Origin: Treponemataceae bacterium
GTDB taxonomy: Bacteria > Spirochaetota > Spirochaetia > Treponematales > Rectinemataceae
Assembly: GCA_963677895.2 (NCBI GenBank)
Contig: CAXXGJ010000002.1
Coordinates: 192,001-256,000 of the forward strand
DNA length: 64,000 nt
Reading direction: 5' to 3'
The translations under genes were made by a program, and so were the position numbers. Below, piece by piece: positions 10,248 to 19,727 of the stretch (positions are counted from its first letter, which is position 1; every line of letters starts with the position of its first letter). The notes below the pieces were generated by a model. It was not told the DNA's origin, did not search any database, and saw only the letters and a list, made by a program, of their open reading frames with translations.

Positions 10248-10658
10248 CTATAGAATTATGCGCGTTTCGAATTCGTTATGGCAGCGGGGACAATTGATGA
10301 GACGCTTCCCCTTCGCGCGTGGCATTTGGATAAAGGCTTTGCAGCGCGGGCAGGTGCGGAATCGAAATACATTGATGTTCTTGATCCTTCGTTCCAGCCT
10401 TGAGAACCGCTTTCTGACCGGTTTCGTAAGGGACAGGTATTTTTCGTTCTCACGTCGTCTTTTCTCGATATTTTTCGAGAACGACCTGAAGATCGACCAG
10501 AGCATGAACATCCATAGGACCATGCTCAAAATCGGCGACCTGAAAAACGCGCCGACGACGATCAAAACGAGACATAGGGCATTCGAAGCCTTGTACAGCT
10601 CGTCGACGCCATATCTTCCGGTCATGAAGCGCGCCAGCGCGTACCTGATTTTATTCAT
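10248..10658 (-). CDS. Small membrane protein with C-terminal zinc ribbon
   Basis: FMTGRYGVDEL, two hydrophobic helices, CPRC-x17-CPRC; RBS AAGGAG. Confidence 0.75.
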   Translation of the reverse strand: MNKIRYALARFMTGRYGVDELYKASNALCLVLIVVGAFFRSPILSMVLWMFMLWSIFRSFSKNIEKRRRENEKYLSLTKPVRKRFSRLERRIKNINVFRFRTCPRCKAFIQMPRAKGKRLINCPRCHNEFETRIIL

Positions 10659-10708
10659 CCCGAAGACTCCTTAACGATTCACCGCGAACGCGATGGCTTT
10701 TATCGAAT

Positions 10709-11389
10709 TCAAAAGAATAGCCGTCCGAAAAACAGAGTCAGGAAATTCCAGATAAGTATCGCATACGCGATGTTTCGTATGATGTGCGGCGATTTGCGGA
10801 CTGGGCTTCCTCCCTGCCGGTACATCGATCCGCTGTTTAGTATCGTCTCCAGCACGCGCTGGTATTCCGGATTGTCAGGCTCCATCCGCGCGGCTATCCT
10901 GGCATGTTCCAGCGCCGCGGTCATGTTGCCGACGCCCGAATTCGCCACCGCGCTGTAGTAGTACCACTGGGCGCTTCTGTCGGCGATCGCGTCGAGAAAG
11001 GCGAGGGCTTGCGGATAATAGCCGGCGCGGATATAGCTCTCCACCGTCTGAAACGTCGCCTGCCCTTGGCCGCTTCTCCGATAGCCAGTGCCGCCGAAAA
11101 AAACCTCAAAAGGATCGAAGCCGAAACCGAAGGGGTCGTTCGCCCGATTGGAAGAAGTTCCATATCCGCCTGGACCTGAATCGCCGTACTGCCCGGCGCC
11201 GCCTGGGGATACATTGCCGCTCTTGATCTGATCGTAGGCGGCATTGATTTCGCTCATCTTTTTCGCCGCTTCCGGGCTGCCTTGATTGACGTCGGGGTGA
11301 TATTTTTTCGCGAGCGTTCGATACGCTTTCGAGATTTCCTCAGCGGAGCTTTCGGGTAAGACACCAAGAATCGTATACGGATCGGCCAT
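10709..11389 (-). CDS. Class C J-domain protein with TPR-like repeat and C-terminal TM segment
   Basis: MADPYTILGV...AYRTLAKKYHPD...INAAYDQI; AQWYYYSAVA...AARMEPDNPEY TPR-like; hydrophobic tail; start set at ATG 11389. Confidence 0.85.
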   Translation of the reverse strand: MADPYTILGVLPESSAEEISKAYRTLAKKYHPDVNQGSPEAAKKMSEINAAYDQIKSGNVSPGGAGQYGDSGPGGYGTSSNRANDPFGFGFDPFEVFFGGTGYRRSGQGQATFQTVESYIRAGYYPQALAFLDAIADRSAQWYYYSAVANSGVGNMTAALEHARIAARMEPDNPEYQRVLETILNSGSMYRQGGSPVRKSPHIIRNIAYAILIWNFLTLFFGRLFF

Positions 11390-11431
11390 TATGGATATCG
11401 CCTTATTGCGTTGTGTATCGTTGAAATGTAT

Positions 11432-11465
11432 AAAAAAAAGTCCGCGCGGCAAGGCGCGGACTTTC
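11432..11465 (-). terminator. Intrinsic terminator after copZ
   Basis: AAAGTCCGCGC-N6-GCGCGGACTTT with long T-run on minus strand. Confidence 0.8.
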
Positions 11466-11507
11466 TCATGCGCGGAGAGAAACCGGGTTAATTTTACGAA
11501 AATGCCC

Positions 11508-11717
11508 TCAAGGCATTATGGAAATCACTTTGTAGCCGGCGTCGGCCACGGCCGCCCTCATCGCCTGATCGCTCAACGCATCGCCTTCGACCATGGCTGA
11601 GCGTTCGAGAAGGTCGACCTTGGCCGATTTGACGCCCGGGATGCCCTCCAGCGCCGACTGGACGTGCATGACGCAATGCCCGCAGGACATGCCTTCGATC
11701 TTCAATAATTTTCTCAT
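11508..11717 (-). CDS. copZ: Copper chaperone (HMA domain)
   Basis: GMSCGHC motif, 69 aa, downstream of copA. Confidence 0.92.
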   Translation of the reverse strand: MRKLLKIEGMSCGHCVMHVQSALEGIPGVKSAKVDLLERSAMVEGDALSDQAMRAAVADAGYKVISIMP

Positions 11718-11859
11718 ACTATCTCCTTGCTTTTATCGCTTTTATTCCGGCTGATACCGGATACTTCCATTGTCTTGCCTTCTATCTGAAATATAAGGAA
11801 TTTTCGGGCCGATTCAAGTGGCAGGGGCTTGAATCTTCCCGGCCTGGATACTCCCGGCG

Positions 11860-14325
11860 CTAAAGCGCGGCGCGAAAGCGCCGAAGCCTCAATGCGTTGG
11901 TCAGGACTGAAACCGAGCTCATCGACATGGCCGCGGCGGCGATGATGGGCGAAAGCAGGGGGCCGCCGAAGGCGTAGAGAAGGCCCGCCGCTACGGGAAT
12001 GCCGAGAACGTTGTAGCCGAAAGCCCAGAAGAGGTTCTGCCTAATGTTCCGCATCACGCCTTTTGAAAGCGAGATCGCCGTAGGCACGTCCATCAGGTTG
12101 CTATGCATGAGAACGATATCGGCGCTTTCCATGGCCACGTCGGTTCCCGTGCCGATGGCGATGCCAACGTCGGCCTGGGCGAGGGCGGGAGCGTCGTTGA
12201 TCCCGTCGCCCACCATGGCCACTTTTTTGCCGCTGGCCTGCAATTTCTTCACTTCCTCGGCCTTGTCGCCGGGAAGAACCTCGGCGAGAATGCGGTCGAT
12301 GCCGACTTCACGGGCGATGGCTTCCGCCGTCGGGCGGGAATCGCCGGTGATCATTGCCGTTTCGATGCCCATGGCATGGAGACGGGCGATGGCTGCCGCG
12401 CTCTGCGGCTTCACGATGTCGGCAACGGCGATGAGTCCCATGAGGGCGCCGTCGAAAGCCGCGAACATAGGCGTTTTACCCGCGGAGGCCAGGGCGCCGG
12501 CGGTAGCGCCGAATTTGTCCAGCGCCACCCCTCGTTCAGCCATGAGGCGCGTGTTTCCGAGAATGAAGGGCTTTCCCTCGATCTTTGCCTCGATGCCTCG
12601 GCCGGGCAGGGCCGCGAAACTCTCGGGGACAGGGAGCGAAAGCCCGCGCTTCTCGGCGACGCGCACGATGGCTTCCCCGAGAGGATGTTCCGAAGCCTTC
12701 TCCGCGGCGGCGGCGAGCGTCAGGAGCCTTTCTTCGTCGATGCCGTCGACGGGCAGGATGTCGGTGAGTTCGGGCTTGCCTTCGGTGATCGTTCCCGTTT
12801 TGTCGAAGACCACGATCTGGATCTTGCCGGCGGTCTCGAGGGCTTCGCCCGACTTGATGAGGACGCCCAGTTCGGCGCCTTTCCCCGTACCTACCATGAT
12901 GGCGGTGGGGGTGGCGAGGCCGAGGGCGCAGGGGCAGGCGATGGTGAGCACAGCCACGAATATGGTGAGAGCGAAGACGGCCGAGTGTCCCGCGATAAGC
13001 CAGGCGCCGGCCGACAGGATGGCGATGCCGAAGACGACAGGCACGAAAATGCCCGAGATCACGTCGGCGAGCCTGGCTATTGGCGCCTTGGATCCCTGCG
13101 CGTCTTCCACCAGCTTGATGATGCGGGAAAGCGCCGTGTCGGCGCCGACGCGCTCGGCGCGGAAGGTAAGGGCTCCGTTCTTGTTGATGGTGCCGCCGGT
13201 GATGGCGGAGCCCGGGCCCTTGTCCACGGGTATGCTTTCGCCGGTGAGCATGGATTCGTCCACGGCGCTCGCTCCGGACAGGACGCTGCCGTCCACCGGC
13301 ACCCGCTCGCCGGGGCGGACGAGGAGGATATCGCCCGGCTCGACCTCGTCGATGGGCAGTTCGATCTCCTTTCCGTCCTGGAGCACCGTCGCCGTCTTGG
13401 GTTTGAGTCCCATCAGTTTCTTGATGGAATCCGAGGTGCGGCCCTTGCTCACCGCCTCGAGCGTCTTCCCGAGGAGTATGAGGGTGATGATGATTCCGGC
13501 CGTCTCGAAGTAAAGCTCTTCCACGGCGCCGAAATCGCCCTGGGCTATCCGGTAGACCGAGAAGAGGCTGTAGAGGATGGCCGCGCTCGTCCCCATGGCG
13601 ATGAGGCTATCCATGTTCGGGGCGCCGTGGAGAAGGGACCTTGTTCCCACCACGTAGAAGCGGCGACCGGCGATGATGGCCGGAATCACCAGGGCTATCT
13701 GGATGAGGGCGAAGCGGAGGGGATAATCCATGGGATGAAGCGCCGCGGATAGAGGCCAGCCGAGCATATGGCCCATCGCTATGTAGAGAAGAGGAATGGA
13801 AAAGGCGGCGGAGATGGTGAATTTCGTCCACATGGAACGGATTTCGCGTGCCTTGGCCGCCTTGTGCTCGTCGATTTTCGCCGCCGAGACCGCTTCCATG
13901 GCCAGAGGCTCGTAGCCTGCCTTCTTGATGGCTCCCTTGATCTCGGAGAGACGCACCAGGGAAGGATCGTAGGTCACCGAGGCTTTTTCCGTCGCGAAAT
14001 TGACGGCGGCGATCTGGATGCCGGGGAGCTTTTTCAGGGAGCGCTCGATGGCTGCCGAACAGGCGGTGCAGGTCATGCCGCCCACCGGTATGGATACTTC
14101 CCTCGCCGTGACGCGTTCCACCGCTTCATAGCCGGCTTTTTTGACGGCGTCCTTGATGGTTTCCAGGGAGGCTTCGGCGTCGTCGAACCTCACTTTGAGC
14201 GTTTCCGCGGCCAGATTCACGGACGCTTCGGCCACGCCCGGCAGCTTGCGCACCGCTCTTTCATTGGCCGCGGCGCAGGCTGAGCATGTCATGCCGCGAA
14301 GTTCCAGCGTTTCGGTTTTGATCAT
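11860..14325 (-). CDS. copA: Cu(I)-exporting P1B-1 ATPase
   Basis: Two GMTCxAC HMA domains, TGES, CPCALGLA, DKTGT, HP, GDGINDAP, YN and MSMSS motifs. Confidence 0.97.
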   Translation of the reverse strand: MIKTETLELRGMTCSACAAANERAVRKLPGVAEASVNLAAETLKVRFDDAEASLETIKDAVKKAGYEAVERVTAREVSIPVGGMTCTACSAAIERSLKKLPGIQIAAVNFATEKASVTYDPSLVRLSEIKGAIKKAGYEPLAMEAVSAAKIDEHKAAKAREIRSMWTKFTISAAFSIPLLYIAMGHMLGWPLSAALHPMDYPLRFALIQIALVIPAIIAGRRFYVVGTRSLLHGAPNMDSLIAMGTSAAILYSLFSVYRIAQGDFGAVEELYFETAGIIITLILLGKTLEAVSKGRTSDSIKKLMGLKPKTATVLQDGKEIELPIDEVEPGDILLVRPGERVPVDGSVLSGASAVDESMLTGESIPVDKGPGSAITGGTINKNGALTFRAERVGADTALSRIIKLVEDAQGSKAPIARLADVISGIFVPVVFGIAILSAGAWLIAGHSAVFALTIFVAVLTIACPCALGLATPTAIMVGTGKGAELGVLIKSGEALETAGKIQIVVFDKTGTITEGKPELTDILPVDGIDEERLLTLAAAAEKASEHPLGEAIVRVAEKRGLSLPVPESFAALPGRGIEAKIEGKPFILGNTRLMAERGVALDKFGATAGALASAGKTPMFAAFDGALMGLIAVADIVKPQSAAAIARLHAMGIETAMITGDSRPTAEAIAREVGIDRILAEVLPGDKAEEVKKLQASGKKVAMVGDGINDAPALAQADVGIAIGTGTDVAMESADIVLMHSNLMDVPTAISLSKGVMRNIRQNLFWAFGYNVLGIPVAAGLLYAFGGPLLSPIIAAAAMSMSSVSVLTNALRLRRFRAAL

Positions 14326-14430
14326 TGCACTTATCCTCCGCGCGTCGATACGGCGCGCATTGCTTCTTTACGATCAGGAATCGCCCGGACTTTCCAGAAT
14401 AGTCCAGGCTTTCTGGAAACTCCCAAACTT

Positions 14431-14709
14431 TCAGGAATCGCCCAGGTAGCGTTCCAGGATGATGGCGATTTCCTCGATTTTTTCCTGAGCCTTGTCTTTG
14501 TTCACGGCATCCTTCACGCAGGTGTCGATATGTTGTCGCAGAACGACGAGGTTCGCCTTCTTCATGAGGGCGGCGGAGGCGAGAATCTGTTTGGAAACAT
14601 CGATGCAATACCGATCTTCCTCCATCATCCTGATGGCCGCGTCCACCTGTCCTTTCGCCGTCTTGAGAAGAGTGATCGCCTTCTGGCTTTCGGCGCTGCA
14701 ATGGTTCAT
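14431..14709 (-). CDS. csoR: CsoR-family copper-sensing repressor
   Basis: KGQVDAAIRMMEEDRYC...HIDTCV (Cys-His-Cys ligands), first gene of cop operon. Confidence 0.92.
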   Translation of the reverse strand: MNHCSAESQKAITLLKTAKGQVDAAIRMMEEDRYCIDVSKQILASAALMKKANLVVLRQHIDTCVKDAVNKDKAQEKIEEIAIILERYLGDS

Positions 14710-14742
14710 CTGTTCGCTCCGTGGACTATTCGCTTGAATTTG

Positions 14743-14767
14743 TACCCTACCCTGGAGGGGTGGGGTA
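14743..14767. promoter_or_regulatory. CsoR operator
   Basis: TACCCTACCC-TGGAG-GGGTGGGGTA pseudo-palindrome with C/G tracts, the typical CsoR operator architecture, ~35 bp upstream of csoR. Confidence 0.8.
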
Positions 14768-14860
14768 TGGAATACAATATACCGCTGGATTCATATTGAG
14801 ACAAGCTCCCTGCGAACGGATTAGCGGAGCAGTCGGCGAGCGGGCTTAGGGGCGATCGAG

Positions 14861-15892
14861 TCAGGCGCGGGAAAGCGCGTACAGGGCGAGACAGCCTGCC
14901 GCCGTGAAGACAGCAGTCGCAAAATACATGATGACAACGGAACGGCCGATATCGGAGACCTCGGGCGCGCGGCGGGCTTCGCCGAGGAAAGGCTTTTCAA
15001 GGCGCTGTCCTTCATACCAGGCGGGGCCGGCCAGCCGGATGCCGAGCGCGCCGGCGGAGAGGGATTCCATCCAGGCGGAGTTGGGGCTTTCGTGGTTGCG
15101 GCGGTCCCGCCAGCCGAGGCTGAGGGCGGTTTTGAGATTGAAGCGGGAAGGCGCCGCCAGGGATAGGGGAAGGCAGGCGATGAGACCCGAGAGGAAGCCC
15201 AAACGCGCCGGAAGCCAGTTCGCCGCGTCGTCGGCGCGCGCGGCCACGCGGCCGAAACGCAGGTAGTCCTGGTTTTTATAGCCCCACATCGAGTCGAGGG
15301 TGTTGATGGCGCGATAGGCGAGTGCTCCCGGCGCTCCGGCGATCAAGGCCCAGAATAAGGGCGCGATGACGCCGTCGACACTGGATTCGGCGACGCTTTC
15401 CACGGCGGCTTTTATGACGCCTTCCTCGTCGAGGCGGGCGACATCGCGTCCGACGATCTTCGATACGCTGACGCGGCCGGCTTCCAGGCGGCTTTGCGCG
15501 TCTGATCCGGGCGCCTCGAGGGCGGCCGCGACGCGCAGAGCATGGGCGGCCATGTCCCTGGGAGCGATCGTCGTGTAAATGAGGATGATCCTCGTGACCA
15601 GAGCCGCGGCTTTAGCGGCGGGTTCGGGCGCGATCCCGAGCCCGCTGCAGAGAAGGCCGACCAGCGCCGCCGCGATGCCGGGCAGCGCGATGCCCGCGGC
15701 GCAGGCGACGCCGACTATGATGAGCCATCCCGCCAGCCCGGCGCCGATCGTGGCGCCCAGCCTCGCCCGGAGGAAAATCTCCAGTCGCGCGGCGGCGCGC
15801 CCTATGAGCCTGACCGGGTGAAACGAATAATGTGGATCGCCGATGAGTCCATCGAGGGCGAGCGCCGCGACGATCGCGTACCAAGGCGTCAT
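14861..15892 (-). CDS. cbiB: Adenosylcobinamide-phosphate synthase
   Basis: IGDP...HPVRLIG, VGRD, ESVAESSVDGVIAPLFW, YRAINTLDSMWGY, HESPNSAW. Confidence 0.95.
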   Translation of the reverse strand: MTPWYAIVAALALDGLIGDPHYSFHPVRLIGRAAARLEIFLRARLGATIGAGLAGWLIIVGVACAAGIALPGIAAALVGLLCSGLGIAPEPAAKAAALVTRIILIYTTIAPRDMAAHALRVAAALEAPGSDAQSRLEAGRVSVSKIVGRDVARLDEEGVIKAAVESVAESSVDGVIAPLFWALIAGAPGALAYRAINTLDSMWGYKNQDYLRFGRVAARADDAANWLPARLGFLSGLIACLPLSLAAPSRFNLKTALSLGWRDRRNHESPNSAWMESLSAGALGIRLAGPAWYEGQRLEKPFLGEARRAPEVSDIGRSVVIMYFATAVFTAAGCLALYALSRA

Positions 15893-17034
15893 CGCGGGCG
15901 CTCCGATTCCAGTATGGCTTTCAGGGCTTCGATGAAGCGCCGATTCTCATCGCGCAACCTGACGGCAAGGCGCGCGTAACGTTCGCTCAGGCCCTCGGTC
16001 TTTGAAAAGCGGCGGACGGCTATGCCCATTCCGAGCAGGCTTTCCGCGATCAGGGCGCCGCGCGCGTCATCGCCCGCGTCCAGAAGAAGGAAATTCGCGC
16101 CGCTCCGGAAAACCTTGAAGCCGCGCAGTTCGCTCAAGGCCATCGAAAAGCCGGCCTCTTCCGCCATCAGCGCAGGCACGGTCCGCCTGAGGAAATCCGC
16201 GTCGCCCAAGGCTCTTTTCGCGATGGCCTCGGCGAAGGAGGAAACCGGCCAAGCCGGAATATCAGCCCTGACGGCGGCGCAGACTTCGGGATTGGCATAG
16301 ATGAAGCCAACGCGCGCGCCCGGAACCGCCCAGGCCTTCGTCAGCGATCGCGCGACGACGATGTTCGCGATTTCCGTCCCTATGAGGCTTTGGCCGCTTA
16401 AGGTGAGTTCGAGGAAGGATTCGTCGATGACAAAAGTATGGCGAGGGAATTCCCCGGCCAGGTCTTCGATCAGACCGGGAGGCAGCATGCCGCCGGCGGG
16501 ATTGTTGGGGGCGCCGAGAAATACGATCACGCGTTTCGCTTTGGCGTCGCCCTGCCGGCGGCCGGCCGCGCCGAGCCGCCCGCCGGCCTCGAGCGCTTCC
16601 CTCAGCGAAGCCATGAAGCGCGGACGGTCCATCCTGAAGCCCTCCTCCGAAAGGAGGGGTAAGTCGATTTCCGGAACGCCGGCGTGCCGGATGGCGCGTC
16701 GGTAGCCGGAATAGGTCGGGACGGGAAGGACGCAGGCATCGGCTTTCAAGGCTCCCGGGAGGGCGAAAAGGAGGGAGTCGGCGCCGTCGGCGAACAGGAA
16801 TCGTTCGGCTGGGGAAGAAAACCTGAGGGATGCGGCGTTGCGCGCTTCCGTCGCCTCGGGATCAGGGTAGAAGGCGATGCGCGACATACCCTCTTCCATC
16901 GCTTCGGCCAGCCACGCGGGCGGGCCGAAAGGATTGATGTTCGCGCTGAAGTCGAGGATGCGCGATTCCGGAAGGCCGGAGGCGGCCGCGATGAGCCTCG
17001 TGTTTCCGCCATGGCTCAGGTGATCGCGAATCAT
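15889..17034 (-). CDS. cobD: L-threonine-O-3-phosphate decarboxylase (PLP-dependent)
   Basis: HGGN, LDFSANINP, YPD, PNNPAG, DESF, RSLTKAWAVPGARVG; within cob operon. Confidence 0.9.
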   Translation of the reverse strand: MIRDHLSHGGNTRLIAAASGLPESRILDFSANINPFGPPAWLAEAMEEGMSRIAFYPDPEATEARNAASLRFSSPAERFLFADGADSLLFALPGALKADACVLPVPTYSGYRRAIRHAGVPEIDLPLLSEEGFRMDRPRFMASLREALEAGGRLGAAGRRQGDAKAKRVIVFLGAPNNPAGGMLPPGLIEDLAGEFPRHTFVIDESFLELTLSGQSLIGTEIANIVVARSLTKAWAVPGARVGFIYANPEVCAAVRADIPAWPVSSFAEAIAKRALGDADFLRRTVPALMAEEAGFSMALSELRGFKVFRSGANFLLLDAGDDARGALIAESLLGMGIAVRRFSKTEGLSERYARLAVRLRDENRRFIEALKAILESERPR

Positions 17035-17858
17035 GCGGGAATGCCTCCGGCCAGGCGGATCGCTATGCCAAGGAGGAGGAGGGCCGAAACTTCCCCGATT
17101 TCGACGGCGGCGCCCATCGCGTCGCCCGTGAAACCGCCCACCTTGCCGGAGTAGGTCTTCGACACGAAGAAAGCGCTTCCGGCCGCGGCCGCCGCCGTCG
17201 AGACGAGGCAGAAAACGGGCAGGAGCCAGCTGCCGGCTCCAATCCCGTAGGCCAGCGCGGGAATGAAGGCGACCGCCCCGCCCGCGGCGATTCGCCTCGC
17301 GGAGAAACCCTTCATCAGGGCGCCCAGCCCCGTCGGCCTGGCAGGCTTCGAGACCAGAGGCACGAGGGCGGCGGCCAGCCTTCCGGCGAGCGGCGCGATG
17401 AGGAAGCCGGCGACAAGCGCCGAAAAAATGATTCCGCCTTCGGCAAGGAGGCTGATCGCGCCTACTCTCAAGGCGAGGGCGACGAGGCCGCAGAAGAATC
17501 CGTACGTGCCGACCCTGGGATCCTTGAGTATCTCCAGCCGCTTTTCCCTGTCGGCCGCGGGCAGCATCGCGTCGGCGGTGTCGACGAGGCCGTCGAAATG
17601 GAAAATGTTGAAGAGGAAATACTGAAACGCCATCGACGAGATGGCCGAGAGGAATATATCGCCGGACAAGGCGATTCCTAGCCAGAAGCCCAGCAACGCG
17701 GTCAGGGATACGAGCGGCGATACGGCGGGCAGCCAGAAATCGGCGCGCGAAAAATCGGGCTTGAAATCCCGCTTGACCGGAATCCGGGAGACGAGGGTGA
17801 AAACGCTGAGGAATCTGTCCATGCCGACGCGGCCGATTTTCGGGTTCTCTGTTTTCAT
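17031..17858 (-). CDS. cobS: Cobalamin 5'-phosphate synthase
   Basis: HFDGLVDTAD, LEILKDPRVGTYG, GGFTGDAMGA; ATGA overlap with upstream stop. Confidence 0.95.
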   Translation of the reverse strand: MKTENPKIGRVGMDRFLSVFTLVSRIPVKRDFKPDFSRADFWLPAVSPLVSLTALLGFWLGIALSGDIFLSAISSMAFQYFLFNIFHFDGLVDTADAMLPAADREKRLEILKDPRVGTYGFFCGLVALALRVGAISLLAEGGIIFSALVAGFLIAPLAGRLAAALVPLVSKPARPTGLGALMKGFSARRIAAGGAVAFIPALAYGIGAGSWLLPVFCLVSTAAAAAGSAFFVSKTYSGKVGGFTGDAMGAAVEIGEVSALLLLGIAIRLAGGIPA

Positions 17859-18547
17859 GGGAGCCACCTCCTCAATTCATCGTAGGAAGCCCTGGATTCT
17901 TCGAGAGAGAAGGTCTCCAGGACGACGCGCCAGTCGCTTTCTCCGGCGGCTTTCGCCAGGCCGGGGAGCCATGCGTCATCCGGCCCCAGTGCGAAATGGT
18001 CCTTGTTCCCCCGCGCGGCGTGGAGATGGATTTCCCTCAATGAGCCGGCATGGCTCCTGATCCAGGCGAGGGGCTGATGCCCCTCGCGGATGAGGCACCC
18101 CGTATCGGCGCATAGGGCAAGGTCGGGCAAAAGTTCCAGGGATTTTTCAAAGGCTTTTTCGCCCGTATATTCCATGGCGAAGCGTTCCCGGCCATAGGCC
18201 GCCCGCATCTCCCGCACAAGAGCCGCCCAGACTTGGCCATCGCGGTTTTCCCGCGATGGCCCGCCGATTCCGCGAGGATGGAAGACGTAGTCGTCGACGA
18301 AGGACTCGGTCATCTCGACGAGATCCCGGTCGGCCGGCATCAGCGGATCGGGCAGATGGAGGCTGAAGGAAAACCGTTCAGCGAGGCCGGCCAGGGCCTC
18401 CCTCTCCGCGGCGAAGAGTTTTCGCGTCTCGTCGTCGAAAGAAAAGAAGAGCAGCTCGATCCCTTCGATCCAGGGAAGATCGGCCAGCTTCTCCGCGTTG
18501 TAGAGCCAGGAGCCGGGCAGCTGCCAGGAAGGGACGCAGAGTTTCAT
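17855..18547 (-). CDS. cbiR: Probable cobamide-remodelling phosphodiesterase CbiR (AP endonuclease 2-like TIM barrel)
   Basis: PSWQLPG, IELLFF, SLHLP, YVFHP, CADTG, EIHLH, KDH, VVLETF metal-binding pattern; sandwiched between cobU and cobS with overlapping codons. Confidence 0.7.
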   Translation of the reverse strand: MKLCVPSWQLPGSWLYNAEKLADLPWIEGIELLFFSFDDETRKLFAAEREALAGLAERFSFSLHLPDPLMPADRDLVEMTESFVDDYVFHPRGIGGPSRENRDGQVWAALVREMRAAYGRERFAMEYTGEKAFEKSLELLPDLALCADTGCLIREGHQPLAWIRSHAGSLREIHLHAARGNKDHFALGPDDAWLPGLAKAAGESDWRVVLETFSLEESRASYDELRRWLP

Positions 18548-19035
18548 CGCGGTTTTTTGACCGCGAGGGGAATGCCGGAAACCATGAGGATGACCTGATC
18601 GCAGGCCGAAGCCAGTCGGGCGTTCACTCTGCCTATCGTATTGCCGTAACGGCGAGAGAGCGCGTCGGCGGGCACGAAGCCCATGCCCACCTCGTTCGTC
18701 ACGATCACGATATTGGCGGGCAGCCGTTCGACGAGGGCGTCGATGGTCGCTTCTATCGCGTCTTCCCTGCCGTAATGGAACATATTGTTGAGCCAGAGCG
18801 GAATGCAGTCGAGGATCATGTTGTCGCGAAGCTTGGCATGGATCTCCAGCGGCTCCTCGATCGTCACGAAGCGCTCCCGCCGCTCTGCCTTGTGATGAGC
18901 GATTTTAGCCTTCATCTCGTCATCGAAGGCTTCGGCGGTGGCGAGGAAAAATCTGGGTTCCTTGAAAGCCTCGGCCACTATCAAAGCGTAGCTGGATTTG
19001 CCCGATTTGACGCCGCCTGTGATGAGGGTTCTCAT
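18544..19035 (-). CDS. cobU: Adenosylcobinamide kinase/guanylyltransferase
   Basis: LITGGVKSGKSSYA P-loop, IAHHKAER, TIEEP, LDC, VTNEVGMG, RYGNTIGRVNA. Confidence 0.95.
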   Translation of the reverse strand: MRTLITGGVKSGKSSYALIVAEAFKEPRFFLATAEAFDDEMKAKIAHHKAERRERFVTIEEPLEIHAKLRDNMILDCIPLWLNNMFHYGREDAIEATIDALVERLPANIVIVTNEVGMGFVPADALSRRYGNTIGRVNARLASACDQVILMVSGIPLAVKKPR

Positions 19036-19562
19036 GCCTTGCGGCGGTACTTGTCGGTACCGCTTATGGCCACCACTTCCCCGAAATAAGCGCGGTGGAA
19101 ATCCTGCTTCGGGTAGTTCGCCATGATGCCGGAATCGAGGAAATGGGAAGGATCGATATCCTGCCAATACATCTTCCTGCATTCGACGATGAGCTCGGCC
19201 TCTTCGTATCCAGGAGCGGGGGCTATGGTCGAGGCTATAGGCGTGAGGCCAGATTCGCCGATTTTATCGCCGTCGCGGCCGGATTTGGAGCCGAGAAGGG
19301 AAAGGGCGGCTTTATGGCTTTCGGGGAAAACGCAAAGCGTGAAGAAGTTGCCCGAATCCATGAAGGTTCTTGTGAAGCGCTGGGGGCGCACGACTACCTG
19401 GAAGAAGGGCTTGTTCCATATTTCGCCGACGCTTCCCCAGGAAATCGTCATGGAATTGAATTTTCCGGGCGCGAATTCGCCCGCGGTGAGCAGAAGCCAT
19501 CGTTTCGATATGATTGATTGGTCGAAAATGAAATCTTTGGGAGCAATCGCGATACGGTTCAT
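19032..19562 (-). CDS. Flavin reductase-like (FMN split-barrel) protein
   Basis: WLLLTAG...FNSMTISWG...VRPQRFT...GSKSGRDGDK...ECRK...DFHRAY; stop overlaps cobU start. Confidence 0.85.
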   Translation of the reverse strand: MNRIAIAPKDFIFDQSIISKRWLLLTAGEFAPGKFNSMTISWGSVGEIWNKPFFQVVVRPQRFTRTFMDSGNFFTLCVFPESHKAALSLLGSKSGRDGDKIGESGLTPIASTIAPAPGYEEAELIVECRKMYWQDIDPSHFLDSGIMANYPKQDFHRAYFGEVVAISGTDKYRRKA

Positions 19563-19727
19563 AGGTATAAGCCTCCGTTGTGGGTATGTGAATAGAGTAA
19601 CGCGCATGCGGCGCCATGGTCAACCTTGGCCCCTATCCGGCCTCGCGCCGAAATTTGACCAAAAATCGCGGATTCATTGTACAATAGATAGATATGCGTC
19701 AAGGACGCGGCGCCGCCGGGAGGAACC

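Noticed and set aside
12044..13752. 489- and 549-aa plus-strand ORFs
   Set aside because: Antisense to copA in GC-rich DNA
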